Assembly (NCBI RefSeq): GCF_009914755.1
Contig: NC_060934.1
From: the human T2T-CHM13v2.0 reference genome, Homo sapiens
Reading direction: 5' to 3' (one strand)
Length of the DNA: 64,000 bases
Under the pieces are notes generated by a model. The model saw only the letters and a list, made by a program, of their open reading frames with translations. It did not search any database and had not been told where the DNA came from. The first letter of the stretch is position 1; each line of letters starts with the position of its first letter. The translations under genes were made by a program, and so were the position numbers. Positions 1-14,395 of the stretch are shown one piece after another.

Positions 1-1170
1 TGAAAAGACCCTCTTTTCGCCATTGTATTGCCTTTGCCTTTTTGTCAAAGATCAATTTATTATACTTATGGTAGTCTATTTCTGAGCTTTCTGTTCTGTT
101 CCAGTGACCAATTTGTTTATATTTTTTCCAATACCATGCTGTCTTGATTATTGTGCTTTGTAGTAAGTCTTGAAGTTGGAGAGTATAGTCCGTCAACTTT
201 GTTCTTCTCCTTCAGTATTGTATTGGATATTGTGGGTCAATTACCTCTCCATAAAAATTTTAGAATCAGTTTGTTGATATCCACAAAATAACTGCTGGGA
301 TTTTTACTGGGATTATATTGAATCTACAGATCATACTGGGCAAAACTGACACCTTGATGATATTGAGTTTTTCTATTCACCAATATGAACTGTTTATTTA
401 TTCAGTTCCTTGATTTTGTTCACCTGAGTTTTGTATTTTCCTCCTATAGACCTTACTTGTATTTTGTTAGATTTATATCAAATTACCTCATTTTGGGGGT
501 CATAATAGAAATGGTACTGTATTTTTCTTTTAAATTCCACTTGTTTCTTGCTAGTATATAGAAAAACAATTAACTTTTGGATATTAGCAGTGTATATTGC
601 AAACTTGTCATAATTACTTATCAGTTCCAGGAGTTTTTTCTTGATTCTTTGGGATTTTCTACATAGAGATCATATCGTCTGTGAACAAAGATGGTTTTAT
701 TTCTTCATTCCTCAATCAGTATAGTTTTCACTGCCTTTTCTCGTCTTTTTGCATGAGCTAGGACTTACAGTGTGGTGTTGCAAAAGAGTAGTGAGAGAGG
801 AAATCCCCACCTTGTTACTGATCTTAGTAGAAAAGTTCTAGTTTCTTACCACTAGGTATAATATTAGCTTAGGTTTTTTGTAGACTTTATTGATCAAGTT
901 GAGTAAGATGTACCCCTTCTTCTAGTTTACTGAGAGGTTTGTTCTGAGATTTTTAAAATCATAAATGTGTTGGATTTTATCAAATGCTTTTTCTGCATCC
1001 ATTGATATAATCAAAATCATAAACATGTGTTTGATTTTATCAAATGCTTTTTCTGCATCTATTGATATAATCATGTAACTTTTCTTCTTTAGCCTGTGGA
1101 TATGATGAATTCTAATGGGATTTTTGAGTGTTGACTGAACAAATTAGCCTTGCATACACTTGATTATGGT
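1..1170 (-). mobile_element. Old L1M (L1MB/MC-type) ORF2 fragment, continues off the left edge
   Basis: Degenerate antisense L1 ORF2 motifs: TTGTCAAAGATCA, TTTGTAGTAAGTCTTGAAGT, TTGAATCTACAGATC, TTTATCAAATGCTTTTTCTGCATCTATTGA. Confidence 0.85.
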
Positions 1171-2235
1171 TCAAATTTGTTTTTCCATACAAATTTTACT
1201 CTCACAAATTTAAGACATTACACCATCAAAAAGAGGAGTGTGAAACTAGCATACTGTAGAAGAGAGGAATCCTCTCACCCGTCATGGTGGGCCCACACCG
1301 ATGTCCCCAAAGCCAGTCTTGAGCTATGAAAGCACAAGTGATTTCAAATAAGGTCAGGTTTGGGATTACTTCCAGGCATACAGGTATTAGACAACAAACA
1401 ATATGTAACCAAAGCAAGAGAGAAAATAACAGAGAGCCTTCTTCCCACTGATACAGCATCAGCCATAGAAGAATACAACTTCAGTCACCCACATGTGAAA
1501 ATACTTTTCAGATATTGAGCCCACACAAATTCTGGCCAGTTTGCGAATTTATCCCCTCTCTACTGACGTGATTGAGCCTGGGAGCAGCATGCCTCCCCGC
1601 CTCAGGCTGTCTTGGTGACCAAAGAAACACATGCATGGCAATTAGAGCTGAGTGTTTACTCTCAGAACACCTCAATCTCCAGGACTAACAAAAACTTTCC
1701 CAGCAAGGAGAGGCAGATCTCAATACATTCTAGACTTGTTACCTGATTTCTTTTGGCACTGCTGAGCATGTGGCCACAGCCTAATTTGCATGGTTTATAT
1801 GTACACCCAAGTCTAATTTGGAATCACAAGACCCCAGGGCCCCTGATGCTAAATAACCTGGGACTTCCATCTGTAGCACAGCATATGTTAGTCTGATGCA
1901 AAGTAAAAATGGGCATGAAATCCAAATCTAATTATAAATGTACAGTCAGAATGTCAGGTAAATTATACTATCTACAAGTAAATTATTACTTAGGGTTCAG
2001 TGAACTTCGGTATAGTGGGCCATCTGCCCTACAGCGTCCTCTGCCTGTAAGTACCCACAGTGGGGCTTTGCCAAATGAATGTTAATTTAAGGAGTTTTGA
2101 AGCCCTTAACAAGTATTTGTGCTGTGTCTACAATTTATCTAAATTCTATGAAATATATAGAGACAGACGAATGAAAGCAAAATTTGAACACAATCAATAT
2201 CCAATTGCATGTTATGATTATGAAATGCCCTAGGG

Positions 2236-2504
2236 CAGGGTTTTTCAAACTGGAGGTTACAATTCATAAGTAGGTCATAGAGTCAATTCAGAGGGTCATG
2301 ACTAGCACTTTTAAAAACAGAAATAGAATTAATTAGAAAATTTAAGAATAAGCTACGTGTGTGCTGATTGTCAGTTTAGTTTAGAGCAACGTTTTATTTT
2401 GTTGTTGTTTGTTTTGATTTCATGTGTATGTGTGTACCTACCAAATCAGGATGTATAATATGTTTCTAGCTGGATGGCAGTTTTTAAAAATTTGAAAAGC
2501 ACTG
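2236..2504. mobile_element. hAT-Charlie-type non-autonomous DNA transposon (Charlie4-like)
   Basis: Terminal inverted repeats CAGGGTTTTTCAAA ... TTTGAAAAGCACTG bracket ~270 bp; TSD not recognisable. Confidence 0.6.
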
Positions 2505-2594
2505 CTAAAAGGTGCATCATGGATAGACATAATATTATAATTGCTATAACCTTATCATTGCAGTAATTTTATAGCTCTTTCACTTAACCATCCC

Positions 2595-2890
2595 AACTCT
2601 GTACCTGACATGTGCTAGGCACTGAAAATAAAGCAGTGGATGAGACCAACAAGGTCTTTGCTTTCATGTAATGTGCTTTCAGACGAGAGGTATGTGTTAA
2701 GCAATGAATCACATAATTAATTACTTAGGCAATTACAATCATTGCAAGTCACACAAAGGAATCAAATTCAAGAGTTACAAGAGTGAATGACAGGGGGACA
2801 TGACAGAGATGTTAGAGGTGTCAGGAAACTCTTCTTTAAAGAAGTGATATGTGAGCTTCTGATAAGGAGTGAAGGATGAATCAGAATGAA
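2595..2890 (-). mobile_element. L2 fragment
   Basis: TGTGCTAGGCACTGAAAATAAAGCAGTG...GGTCTTTGCTTTCATG resembles the antisense L2 3' region. Confidence 0.6.
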
Positions 2891-4181
2891 CTAAACTCAG
2901 TCTCAGAAACTTTAGATATTTCAACATAGCCTCTTGATTTCCCTAATTTTCCCATTGGTACATCAAGGCATCTTTTGTGCCTCATTTGGTCTCCAGAGAA
3001 GCCCTTCTTGACATGGACAGTATTCTAATTAATGATGCATCCTCACAGTTTCTTTTCACTGTCCCTCACTCTCTATTCCGACTGATTCCTACTCACTGGT
3101 ACACATAGGCCTGTGAAATCATCAGAGGTACTTTTCAATGAGTACCTGGAAGAAATAAGAAAATATTTTGGAACTAATGCAAGAGATGACCTTTGAACTA
3201 TTGGGTATGTGTTGACCAGCTCTGTCCTCTTCACCACCCCCTGCCACCTGATTGCTGCTTCTCTGAGAGTCCTCTATTCATGGGAAAGAAAGGGCCACAT
3301 GATACCCACTTTGCCTCACAGAAGACCAATTTCAGCTCCACCAATTCACATGACTCTTTTTCTAACTCAGATGATGAAATGGGCAAAACAAATCATATAA
3401 TAGATTTCTTCTTGTTTATAGAAATACTTTGGAACCACTGCTTGGGATGGTATTGGGGGAATGCCAAGATGCCAGTCTGGTATAAAACACTTAATCACTT
3501 TCTGTTTAAGGTGATTGGCATCGTGCCATCCACTTAATGCCATTCTAAGCAGTGATTCCAAAGTATTTGGAAAGAAGAGCAGCTTTTCTTTCTGTGGAAA
3601 ACTTGTGTGGAAGTGTGATGGTAAAGACTGGAACCTAGTCAAAGGGCTCGGTATAATAGAGAGAAGCTGACGTTCCCTGGAGGCGATCCAAGAAGCTTCA
3701 TGCTACATAGAAGGAAGATAAGAAATAAAAAATTTTGGGGCTCCTCTCTTAGCTTTTGGTCCTTGTGGATTTCCTTCATTTGTGAGCTCATCTGTGCATT
3801 TAAAGAGATGTTTACATCTTATCTAGTATTTCCAAATGCTGGAGCAGGAAGGTTTTTCACAATACCTACTTTGACATACTGCAGCAACAGAAGTCCTCAA
3901 TATATTCAAATTTTGAGCAAATGCCATTCATTACACAGTATATACAGATTATATTTAGCAACAATGTATTCTTCTTCCATCATCCAAAATGTACTTTCTA
4001 GGATAACTGTAAATCTCAGCAGCACCAGAGATACGGCTACTTCCCTGGAATGTGTGTGAAACGTATTATTAAGGAAACTAGGAGATAGCACATTAATGAA
4101 CCAGATCTGTCCTCTAGACCAATGATCCCCATGTTTTGACCAGATATTACAGACTTTAAACTGCCAAGAGTCCTCTATTTA

Positions 4182-6093
<1,912 letters not shown>

Positions 6094-6564
6094 AAGAAAA
6101 TAACCATCTTGTTTTGCTTCCTCTCTCTTATCTTGGGTATAATCAAAATTGGTAAGGAACTTTCAGTTGCTAAGTTTTTAACAGCTTTCAGACAAAAAGA
6201 ATTCTGGAAGAAGTTTTAAAAGGGATTTAAAAATTGTTTACTATGGGGAAGGTGACACCTCTCTTTCACTTTCCACCTCCCCTAAACACTTTAGTGAAGT
6301 GTACATAACTCCCTGATACTTCTGCATGCATATGTTCTTTGTGTGAAAATGAAAAGGTGTCAAATTTGTGTCTCAGAAGGCAGAAGATGAAAACAAAGAC
6401 ATAGAAGCCAGTAGACAGAAAAAATGCTACTTTTTATATACCCCTTAGATGGGAAAGTACAGTATTTTCTTCCATAGGAGCATCAAGATAGAGACCTCAC
6501 TTGACTTTTTGTTTTACTGACAAGTGATAGTTATATAAAATAGTATAAATTAGCTAGTCTATGT

Positions 6565-7460
6565 CAAGGATCAGTGAACTGTTTTTGTTAAGGGCCAGAA
6601 AATAAATATTTTAGGTTTGGGGGCCAGACAGTCTGTGTTAGAACTACAGTAGCGCCCTCCCCCCCACCCCCTTATCCCTGGTGTCACTTTCTGAATTTTC
6701 AGTTATCTGTCAACTGCATTTGGAAAATATTAAATAGAAAATTCCAGAATATAAATAATTCCTAAGCTCCAAAAGGCACCTCATTCTGTGTAGTGTGCTG
6801 AAATCCCTTGCCATCTGGTTCCATCCCACCCAGGACATGAATCTTCCCCTTGTCCAACCTATCCACACTGTCTACACTCTTCACCCGTGAGTCCCTTGGT
6901 AGCGCTCTCTGTTATCACATTGACTGTCTTGGTATTGCAGTGTTTGTGTTCAAATGACTCTTATTTTACTTAATTATGGCCCCAAAGTGCAAAAGGAGTG
7001 ATGCTGGTGATTTGGATATGCCAAAGAGGAAGAGGAAAGGGCTTCCTTTAAGTGAAAAAGTGGAAAGCTCTTGACTTAAGGAAAGAAAAAAAATTATATG
7101 CTGAGGTTGCTAAGATCTGCAATGAGAATGAATCTGCTATCCATGAAATTGTGAGGAAGAAAAAGGAAATCTATGCTAGTTTTGCTGTCTCATTTCAAAC
7201 TTTGTCATAGGTATGTATAGGCAAAAACATACTATACATAGGGTTCCTAACTCTCCATGGTTTCAGGCATCCACTGGGGGCCATGAAACATATCTCCCTC
7301 CCTCTTGGATAACAGAGGGACTACCGGACTCAACTCTGACACTGCAATGCAAAACTAGCCATAAACAATATGTGAACATATGTGTGTCTATATTCCAATA
7401 AAGCTTTATTTGCAAAAACCTGTTATGGGCTGGATTTGGCCTTCAGTTTGCCAATGCCTA
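6565..7460 (+). mobile_element. MER58A (hAT-Charlie) split by MER44; pieces 6565-6646 and 7329-7460
   Basis: AAGGGCCAGAAAATAAATATTTTAGG...AACTA resumes as CTCAACTCTG...TTCCAATAAAGCTTTATTT...GGATTTGGCC. Intact 8-bp TSD GTCTATGT at 6557-6564 and 7461-7468. Confidence 0.88.
6647..7326 (+). mobile_element. MER44C/D-like (Tigger7 family) DNA transposon
   Basis: Ends CAGTAG...CTTATCC and GGATAA...GGGACTACCG; internal ATGGCCCCAAAG...GAAAGAAAAAAAATTATATGCTGAGGTTGCTAAGATC transposase 5' remnant; inserted at TA. Confidence 0.88.
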
Positions 7461-8375
7461 GTCTATGTAAAAAGGCAAAACCTGAATGGGGAAAGATCTG
7501 CCTACACCAATCTTAGGCTTTCCCAATCACTGTTTATTTACAAGGCAATTATTGTAATTTTTCAGTGGTTTGTAAAGACTTTAAGGACATTATATATTCT
7601 TTCTTTACTCCCTTCAGCAAATAAAAGCTTCAGAGTGATTTTCAGTACCACTGTGCCTTTTTTCCCGTTTTCTGACAGTTATGCTGATGTTACTGTTTTT
7701 TAAATAATCGATGTTTTTCCCCAGAAGGAAAACCGTACATCTGATTGCCATGTGTTGTTAGAAAGGAAATCAAATGCCCTATGACTAGAGAGTAACACTC
7801 CGAAACCAATCTAATCAGGAGGCTGCATGTGATTCAGAAGGATAACATTGGCATTCACTAGACCTTACCCCAGTGAGTCCAAAACTATGCCAGTCAAAGA
7901 CCTATATGTTCTTTTAATATTTTAAAATTCAAATTTGCTTTTCAATTAGCAGAAGCTCCACTTACAGCTCCAAAAAGAAAGAGTTTGGTTAAAAAACTCA
8001 TCGTATAGATTCATGGATCCGGTGGGGCCTTGGAGGTCACTGGTCAGCTCACCAGCCCCTGCTGTTGCCCATGCCCACCTCCTGCTTGCACACTTCCAGT
8101 GATGGGAGTCTCTCTTTGTCCTAGGGCAACTCATTCCTTCTGTGGTCAGGCCACCATTCAAGATGTTATTTTGCTGCATGGAGACATCTGCCTTCTTTTC
8201 AACTTTTTCTGCCCTCTGAGGCCACAGTACCTTACTTATCTATTCACACCTTCCAAGTACAACCCTTCAGGTATTTGAAGATAGCTACCTATCTTTCATT
8301 ATCACACATTATCAATTTTCTCCAAAGTTCCCATATGACATCATTGAAAAGAAGAGTCTCCAACTCAGATGTCAA

Positions 8376-8692
8376 CAGGGGTGGGACATCTAATGTACAC
8401 GAATCCAATTTGTTGTGCACGTCGGATGGGATTGAAGTGAGCCAGAGAGGGAGCAACCCAGGAAAGAGGCAGATGCCACTCAGCACCTGCCAGTTGTTGC
8501 CATTTGAAAAGTGGCGGCCAGGCCTGCCAGTGATTTTTTTTTCAAAAACCTGAAGATCAAGATTTCTATTTGAAATCTCCCAATTTTTAAATGTTGGCAA
8601 CTAATTCAGAAAAATGTTTAAACACTCTGTAAGCCAAACAAAACACATATGTGGGCCAGATTTGGCTTATGGGAGGCTAGCTTGCAACCTTA
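8376..8692 (-). mobile_element. MER102-like hAT-Charlie element
   Basis: GAAATCTCCCAATTTTTAAATGTTGGCAACTAATTC and GCCAAACAAAACAC...GGGCCAGATTTGG...TTGCAACCT. Confidence 0.75.
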
Positions 8693-10002
8693 AGTTTGGA
8701 GTCATCTTACCATCCTGGTCGCCATATTTTGTACATATTCCAGTTTAGTCAGTTGTAACATGAGGAACATGAACCATCAAAAAGAAAGAGAGAATTCATT
8801 AGTTGAAAGGAAAACAGAGAACCAGTAACTTCAACACAGATGAGCTCCAGCGATCAACTTTACTGCATAATCAAAATTTAGGTCACAAGTAACATAAGGT
8901 TACGTTTTTAACTTTTTAACTATTGTGAACTCTAAAAGTAGAGACATGTGTTAACAGTTGATGTGATAGGTCTACAAGAAAACATAGTGCTCTTGTCTAA
9001 AAGAGGTCTCCTAAAAATGGGAATAAAGCGCTAAAGAAATATAATATAAAATCATTACCAGACCATATGTTTGTGATATAACATGAGGCATTTTCTTGCC
9101 AGGATATCACATAACCATGGCAAACTGCCACTAGCTTCACTCTCTCTACCATAAAAGAAAGAAAGAGATTCAACAGACATTCTTGGGACAAATTAGGTTA
9201 ATGTTTTATTATAAGTATTTAATTTATTAAATATATTTCTGGAAGTGCCACCCACCAGAATAAATAATTCCATCATTGGACTGAGAGGATATTGTTTTGT
9301 CATTTCTAAGTCTGCCCTTTCTATGACACATTGTTTTATGGATTTTAGAAAGATATATCTGGAATACATTTTCATTACTGTGATTCTTGCCCTCACTAGT
9401 GTGTGCTGATTTTCAAGCTAGTTTGCCCTTTTCCCCTTATTTCCTCAAGAATCTGTTAGGAACTTAATTGAAAGAACAAAATGAACTCTAAGCCCCAGGT
9501 GGACAGTTCCTGGTGTTAAGGTTAATCCACCAGCACCTTATCTAATTGCTGACCTCTTCCTCATGGGAAGGGTGGTCTTCAATGATCTGCAAGTCAGTCA
9601 CCACCAGAAAAGTTTATTTTGTCCAAAGCCGGCAGCTCATAAAGAAGGGAGGAAAGCCAAGTTGCTTTGTGGAATATCCTTTATGCTACAAATTTATTAA
9701 TTTCAAAATTGCTTCTTCTTTGCAGTTCAAGCAAGCATCTTTAAAAAACAATTTCTGGGAAGAGAGTTCTGAATACATATTACTGAAGACAATCACTAAA
9801 TTAAAAATTTGAACATACCTTCTAGATTTATATTAAGAAGCTATTTCAAATAAAATATTGAAGTTGTTTTGTAGAGACAAGTTGATTTTAGAACCAGAAA
9901 GTATTTTGTTATTGCTGGAGTTAGTCTTTGTGATTATTAAAAATAAATGCATGCCAAGGGAAACTATTTCCCCTTAGTTAATATAGATTAAGAGATTTTA
10001 TA

Positions 10003-10114
10003 CACGTAGGGACTGAAATGAGCCAGAGAGGGAACACCCCAGGAAAGAGGCAGATACCACCACCCAGCATCAGCCAGTTGTTGCCACGTGAAAGTGTGGG
10101 CCAGGGTTGCCAGT
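10003..10114 (-). mobile_element. Second partial MER102-like fragment
   Basis: Directly similar to 8418-8531 (TGAGCCAGAGAGGGA...CCCAGGAAAGAGGCAGAT...GCCAGTTGTTGCCA). Confidence 0.65.
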
Positions 10115-11423
10115 AAATTACCTGCTTCTTTAGCCAGGCATTAAGTAAAGCAATATCATATATAGTTGTAATATACAGTCTATCTATCAGGTGAAATCTA
10201 GAATTAGTAACACTGAATCTGCAACTTAGAAGGAAAAGTACTCATCTTCTTGTTTTATGTTAACACTCCTAATGAGACTTAATCAAGAATAATAAACAAA
10301 TAAAATCCAGACAATTGGAAAAGATAGACCAAGCGTCCTTATTTTCACTTTACTGCTACAATAAATCTAGCTACCTCATAAATTCGCCCTTTTAAGGATG
10401 CTCACAGTCCTTGAATGTTTAGATCTTGCTTTCCAATGTATGTATTTAGTTTAACCAACTATGAAATGTAGCACAGCTACTTCTTACAAACTTTGATACC
10501 TAAAGAAAGTGTATTAAGCTATACTGTATAACTTCTATCTCTTTGAGTACCACTTTCCAATTTTCTTAATCTCAGACTCTGTAGTCATTCTTACGCTGCT
10601 TACGAAACAGTTACTATCCTGAATGAAAGTGTTTCAAAAGTCTTATAAAGGATAGGCCATTTTAATGTATAACTGACAAGGATTAGTAGCAGTTTACCCA
10701 CATGCTTCTCTGCATTTTGGATGCCCATTATTCTAATGTACCTGACACAGAATAAACCATGACATTGGCTATCTCACCTGCTACTGCCAAGACATAACTT
10801 ATAAACACTAGCAGAATTTCTGATCCAGACAACAATGTCATTGGAAAGGACCTAAACTAGTGTCTCTATAGTTTTATATTGTGCATATATGTATATTTAT
10901 TATATCATATGTATGTATGCATATATACAAATTATATATTTATATTACATTAATTCAAAAGTTATGCTCTGTGAAATACCTTGTTAGAAGGATAAAAAGA
11001 CAAGCTATGAACTGAAAAAAAATTGTAAACCACATATCTGACAAAGGACTCATATCTAGAATATGTAAATAACTCTAAAATTTCAACAGTTAAAAAAAAC
11101 AATTCAACTAGAAAGTGGGCAAAGACACAAGGGAACATTTTATCACAAAAGATATACAGATGACACAGCAACAAAGCCCATGAAAAGATGTTCGACATCA
11201 CTAGCTATTAAGGAAATGCAAATTGCAAATTAAGTCCATTATGAGGTATCACTGTATACCTATTAGAACAGCTAAAATAAAAAAAAAATAGAATACCAAA
11301 TGCTGATGAAGAGGCTGAAAAACTGGAAAACTGCATCTCTCATACATTGTTGATGGAGATGTAAGAGCACACAGCTATTTGGGGAAATTTTTTGGCATTT
11401 TCTTTAAAAAAGTAATTATATAC

Positions 11424-11486
11424 ATATGTAACAAACCTGCACGTTGTGCGCATGTATCCTAAAACTTAAAATATAATAATAATAAT
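11424..11486 (+). mobile_element. Ultra-short L1PA 3'-end insertion (~63 bp)
   Basis: ATATGTAACAAACCTGCACGTTGTGCGCATGTATCCTAAAACTTAAAATATAAT plus (AAT)n tail; 16-bp TSD with 2 mismatches at 11408-11423 and 11487-11502. Confidence 0.88.
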
Positions 11487-12131
11487 AGAAGTAATTTTAT
11501 ACTTATCATACAATGAAGCAATTTCTCTTCTGAGCACTTACATTAGAGAAAGAAAAACTAATGTCCATACAGAGACCTGTACACAAATGTTCATGGCTGC
11601 TTTATTTTTAACACCCTCAAACTGGAAGCAACCAAAATGTCCTTCAATATGTGAGTAAACAAACTGTACTACCTCCATAACGAAATACCACTCAGCAATA
11701 AAAAGGAATGGACTGTTGATATATGAAATGACTTGAATTGGTTTCAAAGAAATGCTCAATGAAAGGAGTCAATACTAAATGGCCTCATACTGCATGATTC
11801 TGTTTATATAATATTTTAAAAGTGACAAAATTGTGGAGCTGGATAACAGATTAGTGGTTGCTAGGAGTCAGAGATGGTGGTGGGGTGGAGGGTGAATGTT
11901 ATTATAAAGGGGTACTATGAAGAAATCTTTGTGCTAATGTACTAGTTCTGTATCTTGATTATGATGATTGTTGCACAATATATGCATGTGATGTCATAAA
12001 ATTATGCATACACATTGTACCCAATGTAAATTTCCTGGTTTTGGTATTGTACTATAGCTATTAATATGTACCAATTGGGGGAATTGGGTGAATGGCACTT
12101 GGGATCTCTGTGTGCTTTTGCAACTTCTGTG

Positions 12132-12545
12132 TGACATAGTTTTGATGTGTGTCCCTGCCCAAATCTCATGCTGAGTTGTAATCCCCAGCATTGGAGATGG
12201 GGCCCTGTAGGGAAGTGATTGGATCGGGGGGGCAGATGAATGGCTTAGCACCATCCCCCTTGCTAGTATCCTCATGATAGTGAGTGAGTTCTTGTGAGAT
12301 CAGGTCATTTAAAAGTGTGTAGCACCTCCATCCTCACCCTCTCTTGCTCCTTTTTCGCCATGTGAAGTTTCTGCTCCCACTTTGCCTTCTGCCATGAGTG
12401 AAAGCTCCCTGAGGCCTCCCCAGAGACAGGTGTCATCAGGCTTCCTGTATGGCCTGCAGAACCATGAGCAAATGATATCTCTTTTCCTTATAAATTACCC
12501 AGTCTCAGGTATTTCTTTATAGCAATACAAGAATGACCTAATACA
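12132..12545 (+). mobile_element. MSTA/MSTB solo LTR (ERVL-MaLR)
   Basis: TG...CA ends; CCCAAATCTCATG and AAATTACCCAGTCTCAGGTATTTCTTTATAGCA; 5-bp TSD CTGTG on both sides. Confidence 0.92.
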
Positions 12546-12679
12546 CTGTGAATCTAAAAATAATTGTAAAATCTTTGGAGAGCTATACAGAATTTACAGT
12601 CCATATTTTAAATATTCTCAACAAGGTGATAGACTGTTGACTGTTTTTATGAATTTATACCCTGAAAAATATGTTAAAA

Positions 12680-12910
12680 GCCTTGGTTTTGGTGTCAACC
12701 AGACCTACTTTTATTTACTAGGCATAGGTATTAGGAAATTACTGATTGTCTCCAAGTATCAATTTCCTTTCCTGTGAAAAAATAATCATGGAACTAATAA
12801 TAGTAAAATATCTCACAGTAGTTTTGGAAAAATTAGAATGAGGTAATGTATGTATTACTCTTAGTAGACTGTCCAACATCTAAATATACCCCAATAAATT
12901 ATAGATAATA
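12680..12910 (+). mobile_element. MIR
   Basis: Degenerate MIR core (AATTTCCTTTCCTGTGAAAA...AATTAGAATGAGGTAATGTATG). Confidence 0.55.
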
Positions 12911-13540
12911 TTATTTTCTTTCTTTCATTGAACTCTGTACAGTTGGTTAATTTTACTACTTTATCTAAATTGATATGTTTATGAGTTGACTGTCCAGCTG
13001 CATGAGAAATTTCATTAGCTTGAGAACTAAGTTATTCCTAAGATGTCATTGGCACCTAGCAAATTACTCCATAGGGTAAATTGTTAATACATACATGTGA
13101 AATATACAATCTGCATTGTACAACCCAATGGTCACTTTTCAGTGTCCTATAGAACTTACACCTCAGCATCACTTGACATAGTTGACCATTTCCACATTTT
13201 AAATCTTTTTTGTTCTTTTTTTATGACATCCTTTTCTCTTGGTTTCTCTTTTACTTTTCTGGCTAGTTCTACTCAATCTCCTTTGCTTCTCCCCATCTCC
13301 CCCAACCTTTTACTATTGGAATTCCTCTGTGCTCTTATCCTAGGCTTTTTCCTTCTTTTAACTAAGGATGTTCTTCCTAGATGATCTGATCAGTTGCCAA
13401 CATTCCTATTATTATCACTATGATGGTAACATCCATATTCATATCTCCAGTTCACATCTTGCTTCTGAGTTCCTACCCATCCAAATTTCCACTGAGATGC
13501 CTTAAAGTCACCTTGAAAACAATATGTCTAAAACTGAACA

Positions 13541-13727
13541 TGTATCACTTAGGCTTCTGGCAGGAAACAGAAGAAATTTTAATGAAGGATCTATCTGCAA
13601 AATTATAGACAAGGTGTAGAAAAAGAAACAAGGGTTGACACATTGCTGTAGGCCTGGTAACAGCAGGAAACTATTAGCACTACTGGGTCTAAAAGGCAAG
13701 GAAAGGAAGTTATTATGAGAACACACA

Positions 13728-13762
<35 letters not shown>

Positions 13763-14049
13763 CCAGAGAGAGAGAGAGAGCTGTGTAAACAGGGCTGTCT
13801 GATAGTGGTACGAAGCCAACCCAACCCAAGATAATCCTGCAGAAAGAGACTCAATGGAAGAAATATCTAGGTCTCACTTTCCTGTCTTCCTTTGATCTTT
13901 TTCTTCTGAACCATTCGCTGAAACCAACTCAAAGCATGAGGGCGAAGAGGCCCATTGATGTAAGACAAGGTCGTTCACCTCCAGTAGAGAGTAGAGTGGC
14001 AAAAGGAGTAAATTCAATCTGAAAGAGCAAAAGGAAGCTATCTGGCACA
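13541..14049 (-). mobile_element. LTR33-like ERVL LTR containing a (CA)n(GA)n microsatellite
   Basis: Starts TGTATCACTTAGGCTTCTGGCAGGAAACAGA and ends CTGGCACA; interrupts L2. Confidence 0.65.
13721..13779. repeat. Compound (CA)n(GA)n microsatellite
   Basis: Read directly from the sequence. Confidence 0.97.
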
Positions 14050-14395
14050 GAAATTGGGGAGCATAAACCACCTTCATTTCCAGTATTACCCAGGTCCAGC
14101 TGCATATCTAGTACTTCCTTACTCAGCAAATGTTGCTATCATCTACACAAATCCTAAAGCTGAAATCCTAAGAGTCATCCTGATTTCTGTTTCTTTCTTT
14201 TCCTATATTCACATCAGACACTGTAGATACAACTCAAATATATTACAAATTTGACCAGCTGTGTCCATTTCTATTGCCACCACTCTGGTTTGAGCTCCCA
14301 TAATGTCTCTTTTGGACTACTGAAATAGTCTTACCCTGTCTCCCTCATTACATCTTGCCTCTCTCTATTTCGTTATCTGCACGCATTCAGTGTGA

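Larger units (their letters stand above)
10950..12570 (+). mobile_element. Old L1M (L1MC-type) ORF2 end and 3'UTR, interrupted by a tiny L1PA and an MST LTR
   Basis: TATCTGACAAAGGACTCATATCTAGAATAT, AAACTGGAAGCAACCAAAATGTCCTTCAA, CAGATTAGTGGTTGCTAGG. Confidence 0.85.

Noticed and set aside
1781-1791. Isolated octamer TAATTTGCAT and other scattered ATGCAAAT sites
   Set aside because: Several are expected by chance in 64 kb of AT-rich DNA and some lie inside L1 consensus sequence.
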